Source: a virus. From it: 64,000 nt of DNA. The stretch spans positions 1 through 64,000 of IMG/VR virus record IMGVR_UViG_3300043419_000459. The stretch is one strand, 5' to 3'. Shown in pieces: positions 28,937 through 39,665 of this stretch; the first letter of the stretch is position 1, and every line of letters starts with the position of its first letter. Made by a program: the position numbers and the translations under genes. Below the pieces are notes generated by a model. It had not been told where the DNA came from and searched no databases. It saw only the letters and a list, made by a program, of their open reading frames with translations.

Positions 28937-31900
28937 TTAATATGTTCCTCCGTCTATTATTGATATTCTTGTCTCAATTGATGAACTAAATGTAGTAAAT
29001 CCAGTAGTTGCAGTTATATCAATTTGTGATGAACCACTTACAACCGTTTCAACATCTAACTTAGTTTTGATTGTAGTATCAATTGAAGAAGTGAATGAAT
29101 TTAAACTTCCAGTTGATATTTCCAATAATCCCAATCTACTATCTTGTACCGCTTGTGATGCTGAGAATGATACATTTATTGAAGAACTTAATGATGTTAA
29201 ACTTGCCGCACTTGCACTAAATGAAGTTGCTACCGATGAACTGAAATCTCCAGTTACACTTGCAACACTTGCAGATAATTGAGTTATACTTGCATTACTT
29301 GCACTAAATTCTAATAAAATATTATCATTGTAATCACTATATCCAGCTAAATCTACAATATTGATTTGTGATGCTCCACTTACAACATTTTCAGCGTCTA
29401 ATTTAGTTTTAATAGTAGTGTTAATCGAAGAAGTAAATGAATTTAAACTTCCAGATGTAATTTCTAATAAATCTAATCTACCATTTTGTGTAGTTTGAGA
29501 AGTTGCGAATGAAGAACTCAATAATAATTGAGATGCTGCACTTGCACTAAACGATGTTGCCACCGAAGAACTAAAATCTCCTGTTACACTTGCTACACTT
29601 GCAGATAATTGATTTAAATTATATGCCGATTGTGAGAATGAAGTTGCTACCGATGAACTAAATTGACCAGTTACACTTGATACACTTGCAGATAATGCGT
29701 CTACACTTGCTACACTTGCACTAAAATTAGTTGCGATTGAAGAACTGAATGATGTGTATCCGGTTGTATCAGAAATTGTAATCTGAGACGAACCACTTAC
29801 TACACCATCACCACCTGCTAAAAGAACTTTACTTTCAGCTCCAGCTGCTCCCGCCTTCCAGTAATCATTTGTTGAATCCCAAAGTAAAGAGCCACTTACC
29901 GTATTAGGTGCAGTTGGGTCTTTAACTAATAATCCACCATTTGCTGCTCCTGTACCATTTAATTCAATAATGTTATCACCTAATTGAATTGTATTAGATT
30001 CTACCGATGTAGTTGTACCTTTAACAACTAAGTCGCCAATTACCACTACATTAGAACCAGTAAATTCAAATGCTGTTTTTAATGAAGCCGAATAAGTATT
30101 TAATGCTGCTACCGAAGTATTTAAACTTGCAGTTGTACCATTTATGTTAAATATTGAAGTATTTAAACTTGCACTTGTACTATTCAAATTACTTACTGAA
30201 GTATTTAAACTTGCAGTTGCTGAGTTAATATTGAATATTGAAACATCTACACTTGCAGATTTTAATTCTAAATTATCCAATCTAACATCTGCAGATTCTG
30301 TAAATGAGTTGATATTGAATAATGAAGTATTTACACTTGCAGAAGTTGATTCTAAATTACTTAACTTAACATTTGCGGATTGTGTAAATACATTTATATT
30401 AGATACCGATGTATTAACACTTGCAGAAGTTGATTCTAAATTACTTAATCTAACATTTGCAGATTGTGTAAATGTATTTTGATTTGCGTCTGCGATTGCT
30501 GCTGCACTTGCTGATGCTATCAAACTTCCACTTACGATTGCTATTTCACTAAATCTTTCGTTTGCAGATGCAGTAAATGCGTTTAATGCGTTTGTAGAAG
30601 TATTAGAAGATGTATAAGAATTTAATGCTGCAATTGATACATTTACACTTGCAGATGTAGATTCTAAATTTGTAAATCTAGTTAAAGATGAACCACTAAA
30701 TGTATTTAAGTTACTTATTGAAACATCTTGTGCGTCGTTTGTAGTCTTAGCAGTTGATGCTGAAACGATTAATGAACCACTTACAACTCCAATTTCTGTT
30801 AATCTAGTTAAAACTGACGAACTGAATGAATTTATATTAGAAACTGAAATATTAACACTTGCAGAAGTAGATTCTAAGTTTGTTAATCTAACATCTTGTG
30901 TGTCGTTTGTTGTTTTTGCAGTCGATGCTGATGCTATCAATGAACCACTTACAACTCCAATTTCAGTTAATCTTGTTTCAACTGAACCGGTATAAGTTGC
31001 TAATGTAGAATCTTTTGTTAATTGTGAACCACTAAATGTATTTAAGTTAGAAATACTTACATCTTGTGAATCATTTGTTGTTTTTGCAGCTGATGCTGAA
31101 GAAATCAACGAACCACTTACTACACCAATCTCTGTAAATCTTTCGTTTGCAGATGCGGTGAATGCGTTTAATGCAGTTGTAGATGTGTTTGAAGAAGTAT
31201 ATGAGTTTAAAGCTGCAATTGATGCGTTTACACTTGCAGAAGTTGTATTTAAATTACTTACCGATGTGTTTAAACTTGCACTTGTTGCTTCTAAACTTGA
31301 TAATCTTTGAGCTTGAGAACCACTATCAGTTGATAATGCGTTTAATCTTGCGTCAACCGATGTACTGAATGCTGTTACATTTCCAATTCCTACGATAGAA
31401 CCACTAATTACACCACTACCATTAACATAGATTGAAGAACCATTTGTTAAGTTTAATGATGAACTATTAGTTAAGTTCATATTAGAATCATTAACTGCTA
31501 CTGCCCCACCAAAGTTGGTAGAACCACTTACATTAACTGAACCACTTATGGTTTGAGTACCATAAAATACATTCGAACCGGTAGTTGCGTATGAACCACT
31601 CTTTGAGTTTAAGTTATCTAATGATAATTGTTGTGACGCAGATGAACTATTTAATGCTGCGATTGATACATTTACACTTGCAGATGTAGATTCTAAGTTA
31701 GATAATCTAGTTAAAGAAGAACCACTAAATGTGTTTAATGCATCAATACTAACTTGTTGAGATGCAGATGAACTATTTAGCGCTGCTACTGAAGTATTTA
31801 AACTTGCAGTTGTACTATTTAAATTACTTAACGAAGTGTTTACACTTGCACTAAATGTATTTAAGTTTGTTATTGAAACGTCTTGTGAATCATTTGTTGT

Positions 31901-33811
31901 TTTAGCAGCTGATGCTGAACTAATCAATGAACCACTTACTACACCTATTTGAGTCAATCTTGTTTCAACACTTCCAGTATAAGTTGCTAAATCTGAATTT
32001 TGAGTTAATTGAGATGCTGTAAATGAGTTTAAGTTTGTTATAGAAACTCCTACACCACTACCAACATTTGCAACCACTGCTGCAATCGATGCTGAAATTG
32101 AACCACTAAAATCACCATATCCAGTTGTATCTGAGATTGTGATTTGAGATGAACCACTTACTACACCATTTGTTGCTGCAATCGAACCTATGAATGATGT
32201 TGCGGTTACTGAACCAGTTACGATTATACCACCAGCTACTGAAATTTTACTATTATCAGTCGCTTGTGTTATGATTGAATCACCAATATGGTCTTCACCT
32301 GTTGCAACCATAATCTTTCCAGGAGTCAAAGTCAATTCCTCACCCAATGAACCAGTGTTTTTAGGGCCGGCTATTAATATTGCTGAGTTATACCCTTCTC
32401 CACTACCAGATGGATGTTGATACAACCAGTGATTATTTAATGAATCCCAGAATAATGAACCACTTGCTCCTGCTCCTGAACCACTATCTGCAACCGAAAT
32501 GCCACCAAATCTAACTGCAGGTGTTGCTGTATTTAATACAATTGTATTTTGTCCGATATCTAAAGCAGATGCAGTTACATTAAATAAAGATGATGAACCA
32601 TATACTACTAAGTCTTGTGTAATATACATTGAACCTGTAATTACCTGAGTGCCGTAGAATATGTTTGAACCACTTAATAATGCATAAGAACCACTATTTG
32701 CATTTAAATTTGCAATTGCTACCGATGCAGCTGATGCTGAACTTATTAAAGAACCCGTAATAGTTGCTAATGCAGTATTTTGAGTTAATTGTGAACCACT
32801 AAATGAGTTTAAGTTTGTTATTGAAACATCTTGTGAGTCATTTGTAGTTTTTGCAGCTGATGCCGAACTAATCAATGAACCTGTGATAGTTGCTAAATCG
32901 CTATTTTGGGTTAATTGAGAAGATGTAAATGAATTTATGTTTGTAACTGAAGTATTTAAACTTGCAGTCGTTGAGTTTAAGTTAGAAACTGATGTATTTA
33001 CGCTCGCACTAAATGATTCTAATGAAGAAATTCTTTGGCTTTGAGTTGTAAATGTTTGTGCAACGGAAGCACTGAAATCACCAGTTACTGATGCAACTGA
33101 TGCAGATAATGCTGTTACACTTGCTGCACTTGCACTAAATGAAGTTGCTACCGATGCAGATAACGAAGTCACTCTTGCATCACTTGCTGAGAATGAGGTT
33201 GCTACTGAAGAACTAAAATCACCAGTTACTGATGCAACCGATGCAGATAATGCAGTTAAATTTGCTGCACTTGCACTAAATGAAGTTGCCACTGAAGAAC
33301 TAAAATCACCCGTTACACTTGCAACAGATGCTGATAAAGCAACTACACTAGCATTACTTGCAGAAAATGAAGTTGCTACCGAAGAACTAAAATCACCAGT
33401 TACAGACGCAACTGATGCAGATAATGCTGTTATACTTGCATTACTTGCTGAGAAAGATGTTACAACTGATGAACTGAAGTTGGTAATGTTACCCGTTAAA
33501 TCAGGTATTTCATTTGCACCTTCTCCTAACAAATATAAGGTAGAACTACCACTTGCATAGTAAGGAACACCTTTTACTAATCCGTTATAGGTTCCTGCAG
33601 GAAATACATTTGGTGCATTATTACCAACTAAAAATCTATTTACTGCTTGTATCGAACCACTTTCTACGGCTGCAAACACCATACCCGAACCATTCGATGC
33701 GGTAATGTTTGAGGAACCTGATACGATTATTAATTCACCTTTTTGAAATGATGAGGTTGCTGCCGAAAGGGCTTCTAAACTACCACGTCTGTGTCTAATG
33801 ATTTGTGCCAT
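28937..33811 (-). CDS. giant Ser/Thr/Ala-rich coiled-coil fibre protein
   Basis: 1624 aa; RHRRG start; LSASVASVTGDFSSSVATSFSAS and NLESTSASVN repeats; ends IDGGTY. Confidence 0.75.
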   Translation of the reverse strand: MAQIIRHRRGSLEALSAATSSFQKGELIIVSGSSNITASNGSGMVFAAVESGSIQAVNRFLVGNNAPNVFPAGTYNGLVKGVPYYASGSSTLYLLGEGANEIPDLTGNITNFSSSVVTSFSASNASITALSASVASVTGDFSSSVATSFSASNASVVALSASVASVTGDFSSSVATSFSASAANLTALSASVASVTGDFSSSVATSFSASDARVTSLSASVATSFSASAASVTALSASVASVTGDFSASVAQTFTTQSQRISSLESFSASVNTSVSNLNSTTASLNTSVTNINSFTSSQLTQNSDLATITGSLISSASAAKTTNDSQDVSITNLNSFSGSQLTQNTALATITGSLISSASAASVAIANLNANSGSYALLSGSNIFYGTQVITGSMYITQDLVVYGSSSLFNVTASALDIGQNTIVLNTATPAVRFGGISVADSGSGAGASGSLFWDSLNNHWLYQHPSGSGEGYNSAILIAGPKNTGSLGEELTLTPGKIMVATGEDHIGDSIITQATDNSKISVAGGIIVTGSVTATSFIGSIAATNGVVSGSSQITISDTTGYGDFSGSISASIAAVVANVGSGVGVSITNLNSFTASQLTQNSDLATYTGSVETRLTQIGVVSGSLISSASAAKTTNDSQDVSITNLNTFSASVNTSLSNLNSTTASLNTSVAALNSSSASQQVSIDALNTFSGSSLTRLSNLESTSASVNVSIAALNSSSASQQLSLDNLNSKSGSYATTGSNVFYGTQTISGSVNVSGSTNFGGAVAVNDSNMNLTNSSSLNLTNGSSIYVNGSGVISGSIVGIGNVTAFSTSVDARLNALSTDSGSQAQRLSSLEATSASLNTSVSNLNTTSASVNASIAALNSYTSSNTSTTALNAFTASANERFTEIGVVSGSLISSASAAKTTNDSQDVSISNLNTFSGSQLTKDSTLATYTGSVETRLTEIGVVSGSLIASASTAKTTNDTQDVRLTNLESTSASVNISVSNINSFSSSVLTRLTEIGVVSGSLIVSASTAKTTNDAQDVSISNLNTFSGSSLTRFTNLESTSASVNVSIAALNSYTSSNTSTNALNAFTASANERFSEIAIVSGSLIASASAAAIADANQNTFTQSANVRLSNLESTSASVNTSVSNINVFTQSANVKLSNLESTSASVNTSLFNINSFTESADVRLDNLELKSASVDVSIFNINSATASLNTSVSNLNSTSASLNTSIFNINGTTASLNTSVAALNTYSASLKTAFEFTGSNVVVIGDLVVKGTTTSVESNTIQLGDNIIELNGTGAANGGLLVKDPTAPNTVSGSLLWDSTNDYWKAGAAGAESKVLLAGGDGVVSGSSQITISDTTGYTSFSSSIATNFSASVASVDALSASVSSVTGQFSSSVATSFSQSAYNLNQLSASVASVTGDFSSSVATSFSASAASQLLLSSSFATSQTTQNGRLDLLEITSGSLNSFTSSINTTIKTKLDAENVVSGASQINIVDLAGYSDYNDNILLEFSASNASITQLSASVASVTGDFSSSVATSFSASAASLTSLSSSINVSFSASQAVQDSRLGLLEISTGSLNSFTSSIDTTIKTKLDVETVVSGSSQIDITATTGFTTFSSSIETRISIIDGGTY

Positions 33812-33906
33812 ATTTTAATGTTATTCTCTTAATTAAGGTTATTCGGTAATAAATATGAGTTTTATTATGAAATCCCTGATTTTATTCTATTAATATTTTT
33901 TTATTT

Positions 33907-34758
33907 TTAAAACTCACCCATATCAATCATATTTGAGTTTGGTTGATTATTTGTCGACGGGTCTGGCGGTGGTGGAACCGATGCAGTTGTTGGATTTCCG
34001 TCTAAATACAATTGTGCCGGAACCGTAGTATCTACGTCTCCGTCAAGCCAATTACCATTTGGTAAACCGGTTGCATTTACTATTGCTACTGCTCCACTTA
34101 CAATTAATGAGTAAGAATCCGAATCCACCGGTGCAATTGTAATACCCTTCAATGTTGCTCCTGTTAATTGTGCAGAAGAACTAATTACACCAACTGCATT
34201 TATCTTATTCAATATTGTAGTATCAATTGAACTACTAAATCCTGTAAATCTTGCATCAATACCACTAATTGACGTATTGATTGAAGAACTTAAATTGTTT
34301 ATAGTTGTATTTGTTGAAGAACTAATTGAGTAAATAGTTGAATAAGAACTGCTAAATTGCGTTGCAACCGATGCGCTAAAGTCACCAGTAGTTGCTTGAA
34401 CCGATTGACTTAATTGTGATATTAAATATTGACTTGCACTATCTGTATTTGCAATTGAGGAACTTAATGTATTCAATGAAGCAGTTGTAACATATGTATT
34501 TGACAAAATTGAAATTGATTGTGAAATAGATGCACTTATTATTGATGCTTCCAAATCACTACTCATTGTGACATCCAATTGAACAACAAATCCGTCATAA
34601 TTAGATGCTTCAACCAAATCAACTTGTGCCGATGAAGAAAACAAACCGGCACCATCTATTATTTGATATACGGCACCACTAAAGTCAGAACCAACTTCGG
34701 CTGATGTTTGTAGCTGTGAACCACTTTCAATTTGTTTTAATCTAATTAAATTTGCCAT
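33907..34758 (-). CDS. Ser-rich fibre/connector protein
   Basis: IRLKQI start; shares the GDFSASVAT and GVISSSAQL modules; ends IDMGEF. Confidence 0.65.
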   Translation of the reverse strand: MANLIRLKQIESGSQLQTSAEVGSDFSGAVYQIIDGAGLFSSSAQVDLVEASNYDGFVVQLDVTMSSDLEASIISASISQSISILSNTYVTTASLNTLSSSIANTDSASQYLISQLSQSVQATTGDFSASVATQFSSSYSTIYSISSSTNTTINNLSSSINTSISGIDARFTGFSSSIDTTILNKINAVGVISSSAQLTGATLKGITIAPVDSDSYSLIVSGAVAIVNATGLPNGNWLDGDVDTTVPAQLYLDGNPTTASVPPPPDPSTNNQPNSNMIDMGEF

Positions 34759-34770
34759 TACTTATTGATA

Positions 34771-35241
34771 TTATGCACCAAATGTTAAAGAAATTGGGTC
34801 AGCATAAACATATGGTGCATTTGATTCTTTAGTTTGAGTTGCAACGGATAATTTTACTCTAAAAATCCAATATGTGCTAATAGGTAACATTTCAAATCCA
34901 CCAATTGAACCAACTGTATTAAAAATTGCAGTATCTCCATTTTGATTAAGTGTAAGTGTTCCACCTGCATCTACCAATTGTTGAAAATCGTTAAAATAAT
35001 CGGCACCTGTCGCATCTAGTGGGTTAAAATAAATGTAATCGGTTCCACTACTTGCATTTGGATTAAATGTTTCAATATTTGGTATACCTTCTACTATGAA
35101 TATTGTATTACCATTATTTTCAGGTGGGCCTGCATTTATATTACCTTCATCACTATAAAAGAACCATTCTCCTACTCCTGGTATATTATCATTTAGAGTA
35201 TTTTTAGTTATTGTGAATCCGTTTGAAAATTCTATTCCCAT
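34771..35241 (-). CDS. hypothetical virion protein (MGIEFxNGFxITKN leader)
   Basis: Shares its first 14 aa with the upstream gene. Confidence 0.6.
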   Translation of the reverse strand: MGIEFSNGFTITKNTLNDNIPGVGEWFFYSDEGNINAGPPENNGNTIFIVEGIPNIETFNPNASSGTDYIYFNPLDATGADYFNDFQQLVDAGGTLTLNQNGDTAIFNTVGSIGGFEMLPISTYWIFRVKLSVATQTKESNAPYVYADPISLTFGA

Positions 35242-35278
35242 ATTAATGCTTTTATTTAGTTATAAATATTCTTTATTA

Positions 35279-36007
35279 TTATAATCCGTATGTCGATTTT
35301 ATTTCGTTAAAATTTGTTGTTACTTCCGATGGTGACAATGCTTTATTATAAACTCTCATTTGATAAAATACAGGTTGGTTTGCAGAAATACTACTGTTTA
35401 ATTTATCTGTTGCACCCATTCCTACATTTGTGTGTCTTGCACCAAAAAGAAATTCAGACGTTGCATACCCACCAGTTGGGTCATTAGTAGTTGCTGTTGC
35501 AAATTGACTACCATTTAAATATAAAATTTTACTTGTACCATTTATTACAAATATCCAATGTCTTATTGCATTTGAAGCAGTTATAGTTACATTTGTGGTA
35601 TTTGATGTAGGTGAACCCCAAATCATTGAAGTAGATGTTCCCATATATGCAAAATATCCTTTACTAAAACTATATGCCTCATTACCCCAAATAGTTGCCC
35701 AATGTGATGTAGTATTGAATGATGCTACAATTTCAATGGTTGAAGTATTACTACCAATATTATATGGAACGCTAATATACGCATCTCCTCCAAATGATGA
35801 GTTTAATAATTTTATACCACCACCATTATTAGAAACATATGATGTACTTCCATATAAAGTTGCATTTCTACCATTACCACTCACATCTGTCCAAGTTGTT
35901 CCGGAAGATGGTGCGGTTTGTAAATAAAATTGCAATCCGGAAACTGGTGCTGGTGTTGAATTATTATTTTTCGTTATACTAAATCCGTTTGTGAATTCTA
36001 TTCCCAT
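35279..36007 (-). CDS. LamG/ConA-like lectin-domain virion protein
   Basis: WTDVSGNGRNATL...LYLNG...MRVYNKALS..EV..NF. Confidence 0.75.
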   Translation of the reverse strand: MGIEFTNGFSITKNNNSTPAPVSGLQFYLQTAPSSGTTWTDVSGNGRNATLYGSTSYVSNNGGGIKLLNSSFGGDAYISVPYNIGSNTSTIEIVASFNTTSHWATIWGNEAYSFSKGYFAYMGTSTSMIWGSPTSNTTNVTITASNAIRHWIFVINGTSKILYLNGSQFATATTNDPTGGYATSEFLFGARHTNVGMGATDKLNSSISANQPVFYQMRVYNKALSPSEVTTNFNEIKSTYGL

Positions 36008-36008
36008 A

Positions 36009-36494
36009 TTATTTAAATTTACCTATAACATAAATATCATCTATCGTTACAGAATCAAAATCTATATATTCATTATTCAAAGTTACAACAACATTGTTTT
36101 CAATTTCTTTTATTGAATAATCTCCTGGTATTTGCAATCCATAAACTAATACATCAAAGTTATCAGGATTTGCTCCTTCCGTTCCATAATCTAAAGATGA
36201 ACTATAAATTATTAAACTACCAAATCCACTATTATCAAATGAATCAATTCCTTTTTGAATCATTCTTGCACTATTTTGTAATATTTCTTGATAAAAATTA
36301 GATATTTTTGTTTTATTATTTACTAATTTTATAGGATTTGGATTTGAACGAACTTTAGATTGAAATTTTGTATTATTTGGAATTTCTATATTTTGTAAAC
36401 TTCCGGTCAAATCATTATTACTAAGATTATTAATATTAACCTTTGGAACAACTTTATTTAGTTTTCTAGAATTTGAATTGAATCTATTAAGCAT
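36009..36494 (-). CDS. hypothetical virion protein
   Basis: 161-aa ORF; C-terminal IYVIGKF resembles IVITGKF of 36816..37931. Confidence 0.6.
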   Translation of the reverse strand: MLNRFNSNSRKLNKVVPKVNINNLSNNDLTGSLQNIEIPNNTKFQSKVRSNPNPIKLVNNKTKISNFYQEILQNSARMIQKGIDSFDNSGFGSLIIYSSSLDYGTEGANPDNFDVLVYGLQIPGDYSIKEIENNVVVTLNNEYIDFDSVTIDDIYVIGKFK

Positions 36495-36816
36495 ATTGTT
36501 CTATATCTCCTTTTATTTCTATAAAATCATCACTATCCAAATTGTATTCAAATCTACTTTTAATAAACTTTACCAATAAACCATTCGGGCCTTCTTCGAC
36601 TATATAGTCTCTTGCACTTATACTTTGTGTGTTTATATACAAATGTATTCTATCTTGTTGCGTTCTATATTCAATTTCTCTTAATATATCCTTAAACCTC
36701 CACCCATTTGCTTCATAAATCCAATAAGTTGAGTCCGTTAAATTTTTTGCAACTAAATTAGTATGACCATTATTTCTACTAATGGTTTTTGTCATATCAA
36801 GTAAACTCCTTTTCAT
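36487..36816 (-). CDS. hypothetical virion protein
   Basis: 109-aa ORF translationally coupled on both sides. Confidence 0.6.
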   Translation of the reverse strand: MKRSLLDMTKTISRNNGHTNLVAKNLTDSTYWIYEANGWRFKDILREIEYRTQQDRIHLYINTQSISARDYIVEEGPNGLLVKFIKSRFEYNLDSDDFIEIKGDIEQYA

Positions 36817-37931
36817 TATAGTTCTATAAATTTACCCGTTATTACAATTTCATCACCAGAATTCACAGGTGCACTAAATAATCCTGTATTAAAATCAATA
36901 GTTAATCCATTATTTTCATACGATGTAGTAAAATGTGTATATTGATAATATCTTACACCATTTATATAAACTTTTATATCGTATGTGTTATCAACTATAA
37001 ATAATCCAGATGATACGACAGATACTAATTGTGCAGGTGTTTTTATTAACTTTATTCCTGTAAATGTTATAGTATCATTTGTTGTTGGATTTTGTGATTT
37101 ACTATTATTTAAAGATAAGAAATCAATTAAATCTTTATTGTCATAATATGGAGATGGTGTTGTTAACATTCCTTCCAATCTACCATTTCCGGTTACATCT
37201 ACTTCGGTTGCAACTACAACTCTCTTTGTTGACATTGATTTTTTAATTGTATTCTCTCCGTCAAATTTTTCAGGAAGTAAATATGCTTTAACCGATAAAC
37301 TAAATTCAATTCTATTTATTCTTTCCGTTCCTTCACCAACTTCATTTATTATATTAAAATCACTTAAACTTGTTCTAAATTTAAATTTTTCTTTATCACC
37401 CCAATATGAAGATGTATATTGTAATTGTTCTATTACTGCATTTAATTGTTCGGTATAACTTGTCCAAACCATACAATCGTAATTCAATTCCACATATTCC
37501 GGCATTTGAATTTTGTATATTTCGTATTTTGGTTTAATGTTTCCACCTAGTGCGCTGAATCTATCGTATCTATTATCTTTTGAATATTTTGTAATACCCG
37601 AATAAGATACATGTCGATTTAACATTGGCATGGTCTCATCTTTTGTAATAGATGTTCTTCGTATCATCATTATCGGTAATTGTATTTTACCCTTTGAATC
37701 TCTAAATACACCTTCTCTACGAGAACCATTCCATCTTTCTGAATTGCCATATACCACAGGAATTTTTAATGCAGTTCCATTATCATCCAAAGTGGGTAAT
37801 GCAGTATCTTCCAAATATGACATCATAGCATAGTCGATATCAAACAAAGAAATACTTTGTTTTAAATCTCCTTTTGTAGATTTTATTTCGTTTGCTCTAT
37901 TATTATTTTGTCTTAGTGGATTTGTAGACAT
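36816..37931 (-). CDS. tail completion/terminator protein (gp15-like)
   Basis: IPVVYG..ERW, LP.M.I.R and P.YV.L.Y...W motifs; follows the neck genes. Confidence 0.6.
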   Translation of the reverse strand: MSTNPLRQNNNRANEIKSTKGDLKQSISLFDIDYAMMSYLEDTALPTLDDNGTALKIPVVYGNSERWNGSRREGVFRDSKGKIQLPIMMIRRTSITKDETMPMLNRHVSYSGITKYSKDNRYDRFSALGGNIKPKYEIYKIQMPEYVELNYDCMVWTSYTEQLNAVIEQLQYTSSYWGDKEKFKFRTSLSDFNIINEVGEGTERINRIEFSLSVKAYLLPEKFDGENTIKKSMSTKRVVVATEVDVTGNGRLEGMLTTPSPYYDNKDLIDFLSLNNSKSQNPTTNDTITFTGIKLIKTPAQLVSVVSSGLFIVDNTYDIKVYINGVRYYQYTHFTTSYENNGLTIDFNTGLFSAPVNSGDEIVITGKFIEL

Positions 37932-37932
37932 A

Positions 37933-38400
37933 TTATTTTATTCTTTCTTCTATGTTTAAATTAGATTTACTTACCATAAATGTAGAACATACGATACTCC
38001 AATTTCTATCACTATTTTCACCAGGTAAACCACCCACAAATTGAATTTCATTTGTATTATCTATTTCATAATAAGAGTTATCAAAATAGATTACATCACC
38101 AATTTCCGGATATATATTTCGTTCTTCACACAATAATCTATCAAATTTGAAAGTTATATTTTGTGTATTATCAGGACCAAATCCTTCATATTGAACATTT
38201 TCTGGCTCTTTATCTATCAATACAAATAATTCAACACCGGGATACCAAGTTTTGTTAGTGGATTCACCATAAATATTTACTTTGGTTTCATTTAAATTTA
38301 CTTTAAATAATACGCAAGTATTTTCGATTACTTTGTCTACTAATTCTCTTGCAATACTTCTGAAGAGTTGCAAGTCTCTCCCTAACATAAACTTTGGCAT
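37933..38400 (-). CDS. neck protein (gp14-like head closure)
   Basis: NIYGES, PEIGDVIYF..YYEI; adjacent to the gp13-like gene. Confidence 0.7.
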   Translation of the reverse strand: MPKFMLGRDLQLFRSIARELVDKVIENTCVLFKVNLNETKVNIYGESTNKTWYPGVELFVLIDKEPENVQYEGFGPDNTQNITFKFDRLLCEERNIYPEIGDVIYFDNSYYEIDNTNEIQFVGGLPGENSDRNWSIVCSTFMVSKSNLNIEERIK

Positions 38401-38401
38401 A

Positions 38402-39613
38402 TTATCCTACATATATTTTAAGTGGAACTTTTCTTAGCATTTCTTGTTGGTGAGTTGATTCATGTGCTTTATTTTCCATCACCTTTATTCTACTCATCTC
38501 TTCCAAGTTTTCCCTCAATTGCGTAATAAGTGCGTCTTTCTCTACTTGTGCTTCTGCTCTCAATGCCCCACCATCCAAAGTCACCTCACCATCTGGAATT
38601 GGAATTGAATTATATTTTTCTCTAATTGCACCCAATAATTCTTTTGCAAGTGCAAGGGTGTATTTTCTAATCCATTGTTTACCTACTTCATTTATATTTG
38701 AATATTGAATAAAATCGTATGGAATGTCGGAATAGTCGGAAAGTGAATCGGATTGAACGGTTTGAGAATCGTGTTCAAATTCATCTCTATTCATATATTC
38801 AAAATATACCTTCTTAAACGTACTGTCTGTTGGAACTGGAAATATTTCCAATTTATTATCTACGATATTAAATGTATGTGCCGATTTTCTGATGTGGTCA
38901 TTGAATTCAATCTGTTGCATTCTCAATACATCTTCATAAAGTGGCATCATTAAGAATTGTGCTGCAGGTGAATAGTTACCAAATCCCAATTCGGAAATTA
39001 AATTTAAAGTTCCCTGTGCACCAACTGAATACGGGTCAAAGAATCTTGTAATAGCGGGTATTGCTTCGTGATATACTCTTGTTACATCAATTGTTGATGT
39101 TGCATAGTCTAATGAAGATGATATTGTATTTCCGGTTTTAACATCAATTCCCTGATTTATTAAATCGTATATTTGAACCGATGCCGTCAAATTAACATAT
39201 GCTTTTTTAATTGCAGTAGAACCACCGACACCTGCCAAAGTTCCATATTGTTGAGACATACGAACAGTTGTTGGTAAAAATGAACCATCTACAAGCGTTT
39301 GTGAATAGTTTGCAACTTTACCTTTTGGTTGTCCTCTGAGGATATCTAAATTATTTCTAAGATTGAATTGGTTAACTTGTGCAGAATATTCTGATACCGA
39401 TTCTTCAAAACATGCCCAAATTTGTTGATTATCTAATTCAATATTAACAATGGGATATCCCAATCTTTTTGCTACCCAAACTGAAGTTTTAGGTGCGTCA
39501 TTTTTAAAATCAACATCATTATCATATATTCCAAATGGAGTTGCGGTTGCCGTTACTACCGAAGATGAAAATTCTGCTGCCGTTGCACCTGACCAATATG
39601 TATTTACAGACAT
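38402..39613 (-). CDS. gp13: neck protein (gp13-like adaptor)
   Basis: RLGYPIVNIEL, WIRKYTLALAKELLG.IR.KY, P.G.VTLDG..L..EA..E. Confidence 0.85.
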   Translation of the reverse strand: MSVNTYWSGATAAEFSSSVVTATATPFGIYDNDVDFKNDAPKTSVWVAKRLGYPIVNIELDNQQIWACFEESVSEYSAQVNQFNLRNNLDILRGQPKGKVANYSQTLVDGSFLPTTVRMSQQYGTLAGVGGSTAIKKAYVNLTASVQIYDLINQGIDVKTGNTISSSLDYATSTIDVTRVYHEAIPAITRFFDPYSVGAQGTLNLISELGFGNYSPAAQFLMMPLYEDVLRMQQIEFNDHIRKSAHTFNIVDNKLEIFPVPTDSTFKKVYFEYMNRDEFEHDSQTVQSDSLSDYSDIPYDFIQYSNINEVGKQWIRKYTLALAKELLGAIREKYNSIPIPDGEVTLDGGALRAEAQVEKDALITQLRENLEEMSRIKVMENKAHESTHQQEMLRKVPLKIYVG

Positions 39614-39665
39614 TACTTAAAGTTTATAGTTTTACTACTATAAATATAAGAATAAAAAAAGAATC

